A DNA stretch of 64,000 nt from assembly GCA_012295275.1 (NCBI GenBank), contig CM022669.1, positions 7,068,001 through 7,132,000 on the forward strand, read 5' to 3'. Numbering within the stretch: the first letter of the stretch is position 1; the number at the start of each line of letters is the position of its first letter. The notes under the pieces were generated by a model. The model did not search any database. It had not been told where the DNA came from and saw only the letters and a program-made list of their open reading frames with translations. The position numbers and the translations under genes are program-made. The stretch comes from Chrysomallon squamiferum (taxonomy: Eukaryota; Animalia; Mollusca). Of the stretch, positions 12,096 to 26,000 are shown piece after piece.

Positions 12096-14741
12096 TATAG
12101 AAATACTAACAATATACCAGTTGCATTAAGAGAAATAATTGAGATTATTGACATATGCACTCATACGTTTTTATTTATTTCTGTATCATTGTTGCAGCTG
12201 ATACGAAATTCGCAACCATCACAGAAACAACTGAGTTTATTGTCTGACAGGACTGTATTGTAAACTTCTGCGATGTAACAGATGTACCAAAACACAATAG
12301 TATGACATTAATATTCTTGATCTAAATGTATTTATCGACAGCTGTCACATAACCTTCTATATCAAAAAAATATGTTACAAAATAAAAAATGAAAAAAAAG
12401 AAAGAAATCACAGCAGTTCGATAATTTTAAATTTTGATCTGGAGAAGAAAAAAAAAAAAAAAAAAAGCTAAATTCGAAGGCGTTCTCTACACGGCTCACA
12501 AATTTAAGGATAATTCTGCGATTAAAATAAGTAAAGAAATACAAATAAATAATCAAAGCATCATCAAAATCAAAATCATAAACCTGCTTGTGAAAATTTT
12601 ACTTTTTAAGATTATTATTCGTTCAGACAAATTTCAAAGAAAAGGAATTTTCCCGTTAATGCCGATATTCCATTTTCAGCTAGGCTTAGACACAGAACTA
12701 TCCTGTACATCTAATGAGCGAGATAAATATTAACATATCTTAACAGCAAAGTACACACGAGTGATTCCAAACAAGAAAAAAAAATTCATAACAGTACATC
12801 ATTATTCACCGATATGTACATCGTTATTCACCGATCTGTACGTGCTATGAAGAATTCAGTTACATTTCCTGCTGGGACCTGTTTACCTCTCTTTGATGCG
12901 TGACTAAATCTGTTCACAACAAAACCCACATCAACGCGTTAGCAAAATATTCAAACGTTTGACAAAGGTTGAGGATTGTAGAGCAAAGCACACTTTTCAG
13001 TAACCCAGCAGATGTCAACCGTTGTAAAATGTCTGATCAAAAAAGGTGATGAAACGTGAATTTAGGGTATCACTGAAGCAGACCAAGCCGAATCACATCC
13101 ATTTAAAATCTGCGCAAAACCTGTCATCAGTGTTTATTAATTTACTATTTATTTGTTCCATTCGCATTAAAGTTGGGTTTTTTTTGTGTGTTTTTTTTGT
13201 GTTTTTTTGGTTTTAAATTTACGATAATTCATTTCGGTCAATCAGTGCGTTTCCACATGACTGATAACTGTTATGGGTTACACTGCAAGATGTTATAAAT
13301 TATTTTGCTTAAATAATTTAATTGCATTTTTAAAACACAAACAGATTTGTCAGTGGAGCGGATACAAGTTTTTTTTTTTTTTTTTTAAATGTAATAATAT
13401 GGTCTATAAATATATTTTTCCTAACCTATGCTGATTTGGAATTTAAAGGGAAGATAAATGATACAATGTAACTATTTCAAAATTTTCTAATTTTATATTT
13501 AATGAACGTTCGTCCAAATTTTTAAATTTCGTTAATTTTGACATGTTTCAATTTTCATACTGACAGATGACCACATATTTGTTTTCCACCTGTCCGCCCT
13601 AAAATATATAAAACAAACACGCAGACGCACACATTAAAGCACAATAAAACAAAACAAACAAACCACAAATAATAATTAAAAAAACAACAACAACATAAAA
13701 ACATGAAGAACCGATGATGTGCAAGTTCTAATTATAATAAGCTGAATTTTGTTATTAATTAAATTTGTCATTTTTTTAAATTGTGTGTTCAACTCCAGTT
13801 CATATCAATACTCTTTAACACAAACTGCCTAATGTAATAAAAGTGACAGCTGCAGATCAGTGCTTTTCCCTCGTCTCTGATGACTGACAAACAGAAATAA
13901 CAAAAACTATTAACAATATTAAATTATCAAAATATTTCCTAAAATAACAAACTAATGCAATAAAAGTATATTGACTGTCTATTTACACTAGCAAAATATT
14001 TCAGACTGTCATTATTATTTACACAGAACTGACATTTGTCCGTGTAATAAACTTTTGATATCAGAATTTATTCCACGCATCTGCTTTATCATAAAATTTA
14101 TTTCTTCTATTGAGATTGAGGCATTGTTTAATATAATTTAAATATTTTTGCTTTTATAAATCATTGTTTTAATTGTGGATATCAAATTAAGTAAAACAAA
14201 AAATGTTTTTTAATTTTAATTTCTTTCAATAAATAAATATATAAATAAATAAATAAATAAATAAAAAATAAAATAAAAAAAAAATAAAATAAAATAAAAT
14301 AAAATAAAAATAAAAAACAAATCCACCCACTTTATCTTAAATATTTCGTTGGGAATTAAAATGTCGTTAGAACAAACGCGAATTCTATTTTAATTTAATT
14401 GAAAGATATGTGTAATTGTATAGATCACTTTAATCTCGTAAGGAATTAATTATACGAGAACATTTCAGATGTGAAACTGGATCAGATAAGATACTTTAAA
14501 TTTCAGTTCACTTTAAATTAAAAAATATGTCCATGATAAAATATATCTATGTCTGCTTCCTCCGGTAACTGGAAGATGCCCAGTGTCCAGGTAGGTTTTT
14601 ATATATATATATATATCAAATATTTAGTTTACAGTGATTAACCTCGAACATTACTTTGTTCATAAACGGGTCCAAAAACCAACTAACATAGAAATTTCAA
14701 AATAAAAAAAAAAAAATAAAATAAAATAAAATAAAATAAAA

Positions 14742-14839
<98 letters not shown>

Positions 14840-15305
14840 TAAATAAATAAAATAATAAATAAATAAATAAATAACTACTAACAATAATTCAAAAATGAAA
14901 AACTATTTTACTGTCTTATGCCTTAAGGTTATATATTAATAAAGTAATGAACAAAATATTTAAATCGTGTGTAAGTCACCTGGTTAGAAAAAAGTAAACC
15001 TGAATTCAAAAATATTTGATAAATTAGCTGATATTAAATCATTTACTAAAATACATTTTACATAAGATGTTTAGGTTTCTTGGTTCAGGTTGGGATCATC
15101 GATGCGGTCTAGTGAATAATAAAAATCAGATGAAGTGGGCAAAAACGTAATTCCACCTCTGCAATATTTTGAACATTTTAGTATATATTTTAAGAATATT
15201 GTTACATTCAAGCAAACGGATTGGAACAGTGGATGTACTTGGCACGTACTTGTGTATTTTCTGTTGATAAAATTTCAAATTTAAACAGATTTAACAAGAA
15301 ACAAA

Positions 15306-15382
<77 letters not shown>

Positions 15383-15517
15383 TTTATTATTATTATAAGC
15401 GAGAATCATGAAAGTCTTATGATCATTCATTCATATTTCATTTTTTTCGTCAATTCAGTTCTGTTCAATAAACTTCATAATTAAACAATATTTAAAATAT
15501 TATATTATTTTTTTTTT

Positions 15518-15551
<34 letters not shown>

Positions 15552-15864
15552 GATTAATTATGTTATTTTGTTTCATTTATAATTTCATTTGTAAAATTTT
15601 ATAAGTATTTGTTGGTTTCGTTAGCATTGTAAAGCAAATAAAATATCTGAATACCCATGGGCAAAACAAATAATTTAACATGCTAATAAAAAAATAAAAA
15701 TAAAAATTCAATACATGTAACATAAATAAAACAAGCACTGAAGAAGCGGCTTTAAGTTAAGTTTACAATCATATGCACTATATAAAATATGGCGCGCAAT
15801 AGCTAAAACAGGACAGAAAAACAAGTCACGTGTGCAGATTAGAAAATGGAAGTAAAATACAAGT

Positions 15865-16187
15865 CACTTGTCGGCAACCTTTTGGAGTGTTTTGGAGGAG
15901 GGCCAAGATAACAAATGTATATATATATATACACACATACATACATACATACATACATACATACATACATACATACATACATACATACATACACACACAC
16001 ACATACATCTCTCTCTCTCAATTCTATATTCAATAATGAGCATCAAAAACAGATGCTAGGAACCAAGGCTGTTTTGGTCTGGAGGTTAAAAGAAAAATCA
16101 ACGAAGTTAATGAAATAATTGCTGTCCATGTGTTTAGTTGGCGGGCCGGACTAAAATCCCTCGCGGGCCAAGAGTTGTCGACTCCTG
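15865..16187 (+). mobile_element. hAT-Charlie-like MITE interrupted by a (TACA)n microsatellite
   Basis: Ends CACTTGTCGGCAAC and GTTGTCGACTCCTG form an imperfect TIR. GCGGGCC subterminal motifs at 16141-16168 are typical of Charlie-type MITEs. Flanks ATACAAGT and AAACAAGC (6/8) look like a decayed 8-bp TSD. Confidence 0.55.
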
Positions 16188-18027
16188 AAACAAGCTAACG
16201 AGAGGAAGGGAAACAATTAGCCAGAAGACTGCGCAAGACAGGAAGCTGCAAAATGAACGCGCTGAGGCTTTTCGCCCCAAAAAGGGACACTGCAATTGAA
16301 TAATAATGATGAAATAAAATCCAGAAAAATAATGTAAATAATTATTTTATTTTATTTTATTTATTTATTTAATAAGATTTGGCCACGACCGACTCATATT
16401 ATATTCCATGTGCGACATTCCAACAAGTATGAATCGCATTAATGTGTGGCACCCTTATTATAGCAGAGAAATGTTTTGATAAAAAACCTAATTCTTTGAT
16501 GCGAAATCTGTAATTATTCTAAAAGTTGTAGTCCGATTTGGACAATTCAAAAAGTACTTTGATCTGCAGAATGTGATTTGTCTGAGTTTTGATAATTTTC
16601 ACCATGTGACCGGTTATCCTTTGCATCCACGCAAATTCAAATTTTGGTGTTCCCAATTGCTGTAAGTAGGCCTAACCTTATCGCTGGACAGAACCTAGAT
16701 ATTGAAAATAAAGCGGACACAATCTCAATAAGCAATCTCATATTACCAGAAACAAATATTTAGTTTTATATAAACAAAAATGTAATAATTCTATAGCATT
16801 ATTTTCAATACGTATTCATTACCGTGACCATAAAAATTAATAATGATTATGATGATGATGAACACGATGCACATTTAAAGTACATTTTCTGTGTACTGAA
16901 TTTTAAACACTATATATTTAACTTATAACATCATACAAGGAAACAGAAAAACAAAAAAAAATACAAATAAAATAATAATAACTACTTATGATATATTTAA
17001 AAGATTTAAAATATTGTTTGATAATCAGAAAATATTTTATTGTATTAAATATTTGTTTATACATGTATGCTATCCTCATGTAAATATATATAACAAAAAA
17101 CAAAATTAAAAATATTTTTATTTTTTTCTGAGGTATCCAAATACACAATTTCATTTTACAATAAGAACATCTTATATACATTTGTCATGATTAACAAGAA
17201 AATGTTTAAAAAGTTTTTGTAGAAATTATTCTACAAATGAAATTTATTCACACTTTACCAAATTATATAATCTGCCTATTTCTTTAGTCAGATTTGTTTC
17301 AAAAAACATTTACAATCAAATTAAATGAGTGATAAATATTATTCTAATGAAGAAATAAAAGATAGATAAATCCCAAATGTCTTTTCTGTTTAGAGTTATC
17401 TGTTCTTCATTAAAATTTAAAAGTTTAAATTGTTGTTTAATAATAAACTTCAATGCAGCATAATAAAACAATATTTAAAATATTTACACGATTGATATAT
17501 ACATAATATATATATATATATATAAAAGAAATTAAAAATGTACTTGATAATAATTTTAAAAATCCTGAATTTATAATGTAACTGGTGTTGTAAATAAAAT
17601 ATATAATATGTGCACTTTTGGGTACTAATTTTCCATTTTAAAATTCAACATACCATTACTCCATTGGAATGTTTAACATCCATAATTTAGTGTTATTTAT
17701 TTATTTATGTTAATAATCACTTTTTCTAATGATCAACAAAAAAAGGTATTCCCCTGGAAAAACAACTTATAAAAATATTTGTATATCAAGTTATCTAAAC
17801 ATATTTCCTGGTTAGAAAATAAACAGGAATTTTGCACCTAAAATCGTCTTGATCAGAATTTGAACCTTGTTTCTGTCATATAATACAGATTTAATTATTC
17901 AGGTGACATCTAATCAACCATGAAACTTTAATTACATTTTCAAAAAATCTGATTAACACTTTTACAGATGGCCATGGACAAAGAATTTTGTAATGTTTAT
18001 GTTTGTTAATTTTTTTTAACTGAATTC

Positions 18028-19165
18028 CTAATCACCCACTGAAATCAAACTTTGTTGTGTCATGGATTCATCTGTTTTGGTTTTAATTAGAAGACATTTT
18101 TTTTTCTTTGGACAGTAGCAGCATCCCCTGTATGGAAAAACAGTATATGTACAATTTTATATATATATATTTATAAGTGATTAAAAATTGCATTTCTGAC
18201 AAATATTCTATTACAGTTTATTTAGTTCAAATAAAAGTTTATTATCTTTTTACAATTTCATTTGAGCTATCACTTTGTTTGATCATCACACTCTCTCACA
18301 TAATAATTATATCAAACACAAATTAAATGCTGGAAATATATTGCTTTTATTTTCCTTTATTTCTGTCTTCTTTTTTTTTTCTTCTAAACTTATTAAAAAA
18401 AAAGCGTTTAAAAATTAAACTCTTACCAAGTTGGTTGATGTTGCATGATGTAAGGTTTTGTTTCATGACCTGGGGAAACAAAATAAAAAATTTAAACAAG
18501 ATAAAATTTAATATTATAGAAATAAACTTGACATTTAAAAATTATATATATATATATATATATAAAAATTTAAAAAAATAAAAATCCACAGATGTTTTAG
18601 TTATCCTTTTCTCATTTATTTAATTATAAATACCTGCTAAACTCATTTAAACAAGCTTTGAACAGTCAGTGTTATTATTTTCAATAGCAATTTAGAAATT
18701 GTATTTTAAAACGTGTGGTTTAATATTTACCTTGATGGCAAACCTGAATACAAGATCGACAGATCCCTGAAATTAGATTAAAATTAAAAGTATCGTGTAG
18801 AAATATTTTAATTAATTTATTAATCCCACAAAGAACATGTTTGTATCAGTAATAAATGAAAAAACAATAGTAACACTAATTCTAAATAAAATAAAATGAA
18901 ATAAAATAAATATAAATAAAAATAAATGTTTTACTGCACAGTACACAAACATAAATATATAAATTTATTTTCAAAAATACCTTCATAAATTGAATAATTA
19001 AAATAATAAATAAATAAATAAATACAATAAAAACATTTATAACAGTAAGATGATGTGGAAAAAGAAAATCAAAAAAGAATAATTAAAGGCCGAAAATATT
19101 AAAGTAAGTAAAGGTTTAAACAATCCTCTGTGGCAGAAAATTATATTTAAATATTTATATTACAT

Positions 19166-19225
<60 letters not shown>

Positions 19226-19483
19226 TACAATAAACAAAGAAAGAAATAATAAAGAAAAATAAACTGGAATAAATAAGATTAAAAAATAAATACTTTTTAG
19301 GAAGAAAGTGAAAAATAAACATCTCTACTCACAGTTGAGTCTGCACTGTAAACAAGAAAAGTAGTCGACTGGTCGACTGCCCTGAGTTTTGTAAACTTCA
19401 ACAAAGCAAATCTTCGGTTTATCACTTTCACACTTCACACACTGAATCAGAACAATCTCTGTACCTGGTTTCTGAATAATAAC

Positions 19484-19520
<37 letters not shown>

Positions 19521-19772
19521 GTAATTTTAATAATAACAACAGTAGTAGTAATAATAATAATAATAATAATAAATTTAATAATATTAATAAGTAAAATGTA
19601 ATAATAATAACAATGATAATAATTATGATGATATACGTCAAAATAATAATGACATTAATTATGGTGATGATAATAATAAATGCATTAATACTAATATATG
19701 TGTAATAAAATAATAAAATAAATGTAATAAGAACAACAGCAACAATAATATTAATAAGAACAACAACAATAA

Positions 19773-19812
<40 letters not shown>

Positions 19813-20288
19813 TAATAATAATAATAATAGTGGTAATAATAATAAATTTAATAAATTAATAACAAATGTAATAATAATAACAGTGGTAGTAATAATAAAT
19901 TTAATCAAAATAATAATAACATTAAATATGGTGATAATAATAAATGCAATAAACAATGATAAAATAATAAAATATGATGACAACAATAATATTCAAAATA
20001 ATAATAATAATAAAAATTAATTAATGGTAATAACAATAATAAAATGCAAGTATAATAGTGGTAGTAATATAAATTTAATAAAAATAACAAAAATAATAAT
20101 AACAATGATAATAATTATGATGAACAATCAAATAATAATGACAACAGCAACAAATAAATGCAATAATACTAATATGTGTAATAAAATAATAAAATAAAAA
20201 TAATAAGAACAACAAACAATAATAATAATAATAATAATTTAATAATGAATATAATAATAAAAAATTAATTTTAAAATGATATATACTG

Positions 20289-20327
<39 letters not shown>

Positions 20328-22973
20328 AAAAATAGTAATAATAAAAATAAAAATAAAATCTTAAATTCTTCTCCCACCCAAAAAAAAAAAAAGAAAGAGT
20401 TTAACCATATTTAAAAAGAAATATTTCAGGTTTAATTTTTTTTTCTTCAAAATATTTTATTTTAATCTCTCACCATTCCATACTGAATTACTGGTTTGGT
20501 TTGCCAGGTCACTTGGTGGACATCAGGGTACATGTCTGGGTCAATGGGACCAGACAGGAGACTGGCCAGTTCACACTGACTACATTTAGAGAGTGGTCTG
20601 CAAAATATGGAGAAAAAATTAAATAAAATTCAAAACTTAACTAAACATTTTTTTTTTAAATATCAATAAAATTAAAGATTAAGTTCACAAATTGATTAAA
20701 AAAAGATAATTAAACAAATAAAAATAAATAGTATTTAAATAATATATATAAACAATAAAATATAACTCAAAAAAATTTAATAATAAAAAAAAAAAAAAAT
20801 AATAATAATAATAATAAATAATAAGTAAAAATAATAATAATAAAAATAAACAAAACATGAAATATAATAATAACAAGTTTGTAAAAAAACACAATAAAAT
20901 AATTAAAAAATAAAAACAAGGAAAATAAATAAAAATTAAAATTAAAATAAATTAATATAAATTACTAATGTAAAATGTAAAATGCAACATTTACCCCACA
21001 AGAAGAAGTTTTCCAGTACAGTCCCATGTGCACACAGGATCTCCTCTCTCCTCCAGAGTTCTCTCAACCTCTCTCTGAATGACTTTTATACTACGTCATA
21101 ACAACAATCATTTATTTTATTAACAGAACTGACAATAAATAAACATAATAAAAATATAAACAAACTTAAAATAATTAATATCACTACAGTTATAAATGGC
21201 AACAGAGATAAGTTGTTCTTGGTTAAAACATCCAACCACCAAAAAAATTAATCATAAAGTTACTTCCCTTCCCTGATTTCTAAAAACCAGTTATCTCCCT
21301 TCACTTACCGATGAAAAGAGATTTAAAAATCACTAAAATATAGACAAACTTTATTTATTGTTTACATACTGGCCTGTTACAATGTTTGTGGGATATTTTA
21401 ATTACATATTTTTACCACTTTGATGTATCCCAACAATTTTATAATTATACAGCAGAAAAGTGAAAAAAGTTACCTGTCATTTGCTTGAACTATGATATCA
21501 GGGATTCTAATATTTTTCTCAACAATGAATACTGAGACATTTACTGGTAATATCTCTAAATTAGGAATGTGATTCTGAAGATATCTGGAAAAAGAAAAAG
21601 AAAAGGGAGATAACTGGTTTAAAACAAGGGGAGATAATTGATTATTGACCATTTTATTAAGTAATTAAAAACAAAGATAAATGTTAACATTATCCTACAT
21701 TTATAGTTAAATATTAAAAGAATTAAATTTCATTAAATCTAAAAATATTATTACATTTAAAACAAGCTGTATAAATAAAGATCAGTTAATTCTTCTTCTA
21801 ATGCTCATTCTAAAGAATTAACAACAATTTTAATTTAATTTCTTATAATGATGCTCATTACTGTTACCTGTCGTATGCATTAGCAACAAACTGGTTACAC
21901 AGATCAAGTTCCTGATTCAGAGATTCGACTCTTTCTTGAAAATTCTTTTCTAAATCAGCTGTTTTTGCTGCTATATCTGAAATTAGCATCATTAAAGTTA
22001 TCTATGTTTATGTCTTTCTTTATATGACTGTGTGGGTGTGTGTGTGTGTCACAAGAATACATATTCATTTAAATTTTAAAATCTAATCATAGGGATCCAT
22101 TTTGAATTGGTTCATTATTATTAGTTATTGTTATTGTTAATGATATTGTCATATTATTATCATTAATGTTGTTGTTGTTGTTGTTGTTGTTGTTATGTCT
22201 AATGTAACAACATACCAGCTGAGGATAAACCATCGAGGTGTAAGGAATCAATGGATAATTTTAGTTGTTTTTCCAAAAACTGTTTTCTTTTTGTGAAGTC
22301 ATTTTTTAAACCCTAAAATGGAAGGATAAAAGAGAAATTAAAGAATTTACAAAATATAAAAAACTGTTGAAGCTTTCTGTAATTTGTGATTAGCAGTAAA
22401 AAAAATTAATAAATTTAGGAATCCTATAAAACAGAAAGTTTTGGAGTTATGTCTTTTTTTTTTCTTCTTCTTTTTTTTTAACACAATTAACAATATAATT
22501 ATTACAAAGTCATAAATAATAGTTTTATTATCTGAAATATTAAAACACTTTATTTCTAACATATTAATAACACTGGAAATATTTCATTATAATGTGAGTT
22601 AAAAAAAAATAATAATAAAAAATTAAAACCTAAGCTATTTATTTCATGTGTGATTTCCCAATCTAGAAATGGTGCTCCATGACAGGCTTTTCTAAGGCTG
22701 TCACATAATACATACATTTGTATACAAATGCACAAATACACACACAAAAATATAATCACCATCAAACTATTTTGTGAGAGGAAAAAGTATATGGAAGATA
22801 TCATTGAGCGAAAGCTGGTTTCTTTTCTGTTAAAAGCTTTACTGAATTTAATAACTGTTAGGATTTATGGTTTAATCCTATTTTTCATATAAATCTCACC
22901 TGAAAATATCTTTCATGTGAAGCTAGACTCTGTTTCAAGTGTTCTAATAAAAAAAAAAAAAAATTTTAAAAAA

Positions 22974-23018
<45 letters not shown>

Positions 23019-26000
23019 CATAATTTTAATTATTGTAATAATAATAAAAGATAATGTAGATGTTAGAAAATATAGTTTTAGTTTATATTTTTATTAGAAA
23101 CACAGCCAATAAAGTCCCTGTGAAATAAGTTTAGAGAGAACAAAGAGTTTAAAATTTTATATGTTTAATTTATGTGTTAATTTTGCATTTTTGTTTTCTT
23201 AACTCATTGACAAATTAAAATGGAAGATACTTGAAGCAAACTGATAGAAAAATAAACTGAGTGTAAATGTTTGAATGATGAATGAATTATTATTCTGATT
23301 TACTAACGAAAACAAATTAAAAAGTTCAAAAATTATTCATTTAGAACAAAATAGAAATTGTATCATAAGTAGTTACACTTAGCAGAAGAAACTATTTTAT
23401 AAATTAAATGAGCAAGTTATCAGCACATAAAAAAGATTTACAAAAACTGAGTAAACTTACTTTTTAAAACATTTTCCACTGGTGAATATTTTCTGTTAGA
23501 CAACTCTGAATCATTGGAAGCTGAAAGCAAATACATATTAATAATTATCTTTCATTTATATTTATATTTTTAGATTTTCTTTATTACAAAAAAAACAAAA
23601 AAACAACAAACAAACATGTTAAGAATTCTTGGATACACTATTTTCATTCTTTCTTTCTTATTTTATCTCTCTCAAGTTATACTCTCATTTGTTTTATTAT
23701 CTTCATACAGTACAACATAATTTCACTCAAACAATATTGGTATTCATATATATATATATATAGACACAAACGTGTGTATATTAATACATACATACACACA
23801 CATAAACACATATATGTATGATATAGATACTCTTATCTTCAATAACTTTGCTATCAATCTCTCTCTCTCACTCACACACAGACAGACAGACACACACACA
23901 CAGGCAGATACACACATACTTATATACACACAAACATAAAGCTAAAACCTAAAAATATTAAATTAAAAACAACAACATAATTTACCTGCATTGATTAAGG
24001 TTTCAAAGTATACTGCCTCTGCTTTTTCTTTTTCATTATTTATTGTTGCTGCAAATAATGAAGGAAAATCCTACTCATATTTGTATTGAAAAATAAAACA
24101 ATTTATTCAAAAGAAAGCATCTACGGATGGTTTGCTAGAAAACAGTGACAAAAATATAAAATATTTCATCATTTCAGTGTATTGACAATGGAAAATCATA
24201 TTTTCTCTGTTTATTTATAACAGTTATTTCTAAATGTTTATGTAATAAGATATAATCTATATTCATATTTAAATTAATAAATAAATTATATATATACAAA
24301 CACACACACAACTAACTAAGTATCTATGTATGTATGCATGTATCTATCTATGTATATATTTTAATTAAAAATAGAATTTTTATAATAAAAATAATAACAG
24401 CATGATTATCTAAAATAAAATAATACTAAATGTGAAACTATTAACAATATATATAAAATACCAAAACAAATTTTTTTTTTAAATTAATAATACTGTTGAT
24501 AATAACATATGTATTATTTATATGACAATCAGATCCATTACAGCATAAAAAATATGTATAGGATTAAAACTCATGAATAACAGTTATGAAAAAAAATGAT
24601 ATCTTTGTGATTATCAAGTTACCATTAAATTTGTTTTTTTACTGCAGGTATCACATTCACAAAGTGCTATGACAATATCAACACTAAAATACAATGATGT
24701 ATTATTAAACTGCTGTGCCTACTAAAACACAGATACTTTTAAAAATGATAAAACTGAAATTTAAAGTAGTGTGGTATATACCATAGTTTCACCACATGAA
24801 CATGTAATATAAAATGTGTACTAAGCAGAGATATTTATAAGATTATCAACTAATAGTTACAGGTCAGCCTTCACTAATATGGCACCACTGTGATCTGCAG
24901 GTTAATGATTTTGCTGCATAATGGAGTAGTTAGGTTTGAATACACTTAATTCAGTAACTCTCTACCTCAACCTGCATTTGAAATATCAGTAAATACTGCT
25001 ATCAACATTGTTTTTACTTCTGTTTTTTTTTTTTTTTTTTTTTAACAACTTAAGCTTTTTTTTTTAATAGACAATACACAGTTTTCCTTTTATACAACAA
25101 GCATTTCGTTTATTCATTAAAACCATGGGAAAGGTTAAATGTTAAACAATAAAGGTTATAACAATAAACAGAAAGAAATAAATTGGAATGGCTTGCTTAT
25201 ACAGTGATGCCAACAGTATTCATGTAGCACTGAAAATTAATGATAAGTTTGTGTAGTATCCCAGGAAGTATGAAATACTTTTAGCCAAAATTTATGCCAG
25301 ACTGCTGATCAAAATGGATTAGTGACTTCCAAATTAGTGATGGTTGTTGATCTGAACAAGTGGTTTGGTATGTACTGTGTGTCAGAACATTAACATGTAA
25401 TATACATATTAAAATATAGATAACTATAAGATCACAGGATGAGAATCCATTAAATGAAATGCTTGGGATTGAATGTGTTTTGGATTTTGGAATATAAGAA
25501 GGTAGCCTGAGAACAGAATCTAAGTAAAATTCCATTTATTTTTTTATATAATACTTTTTAATCATTTTGGGTAGAGTCCTAAAATTGTAAGATATCTGCT
25601 GCTCAGAAAAAAGTTTTTTTCAGAGCTTTTTGGTTTTCAAAATTTTGGATAATGGATCTTGAACCTGCATCAAACTCATGGCTACATGTGTTTTGCTTCA
25701 ATATGAATATTTAATATAAAAATATTTAAACACAGATACCTATGAGATTATCAAACTAGTCAGCTATGACTGTTTTTGTGTAATATAAAAATATTAAAAC
25801 ACAGATACCTATGAGATTATCAATATGAAATATTAAAACACAGATACCTATGAGATTATCAAACTGGCAGTTTGACTGTTTTGGTGTAATATAAAAATAT
25901 TAAAACACAGATACCTAAGAGATTATCAGCTATGAGTGTTTTTGTGTAATATGAAATATTAAAACACAGATACCTATGAGATTATCAAACTGGTAGTCAG

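Noticed and set aside
11903-12160. ORFs rich in YIHT, MYVC, ER, SL, II or LL repeats here and at ~14660-16118, 19447-20894, 39159-39386, 46265-47752, 48837-49212, 50440-50868, 53358-53951, 56749-57047 and 59081-60390
   Set aside because: They are translations of (TACA)n, (GA)n, (CA)n, (AAT)n and (GAT)n microsatellites, with no splice-consistent gene structure.
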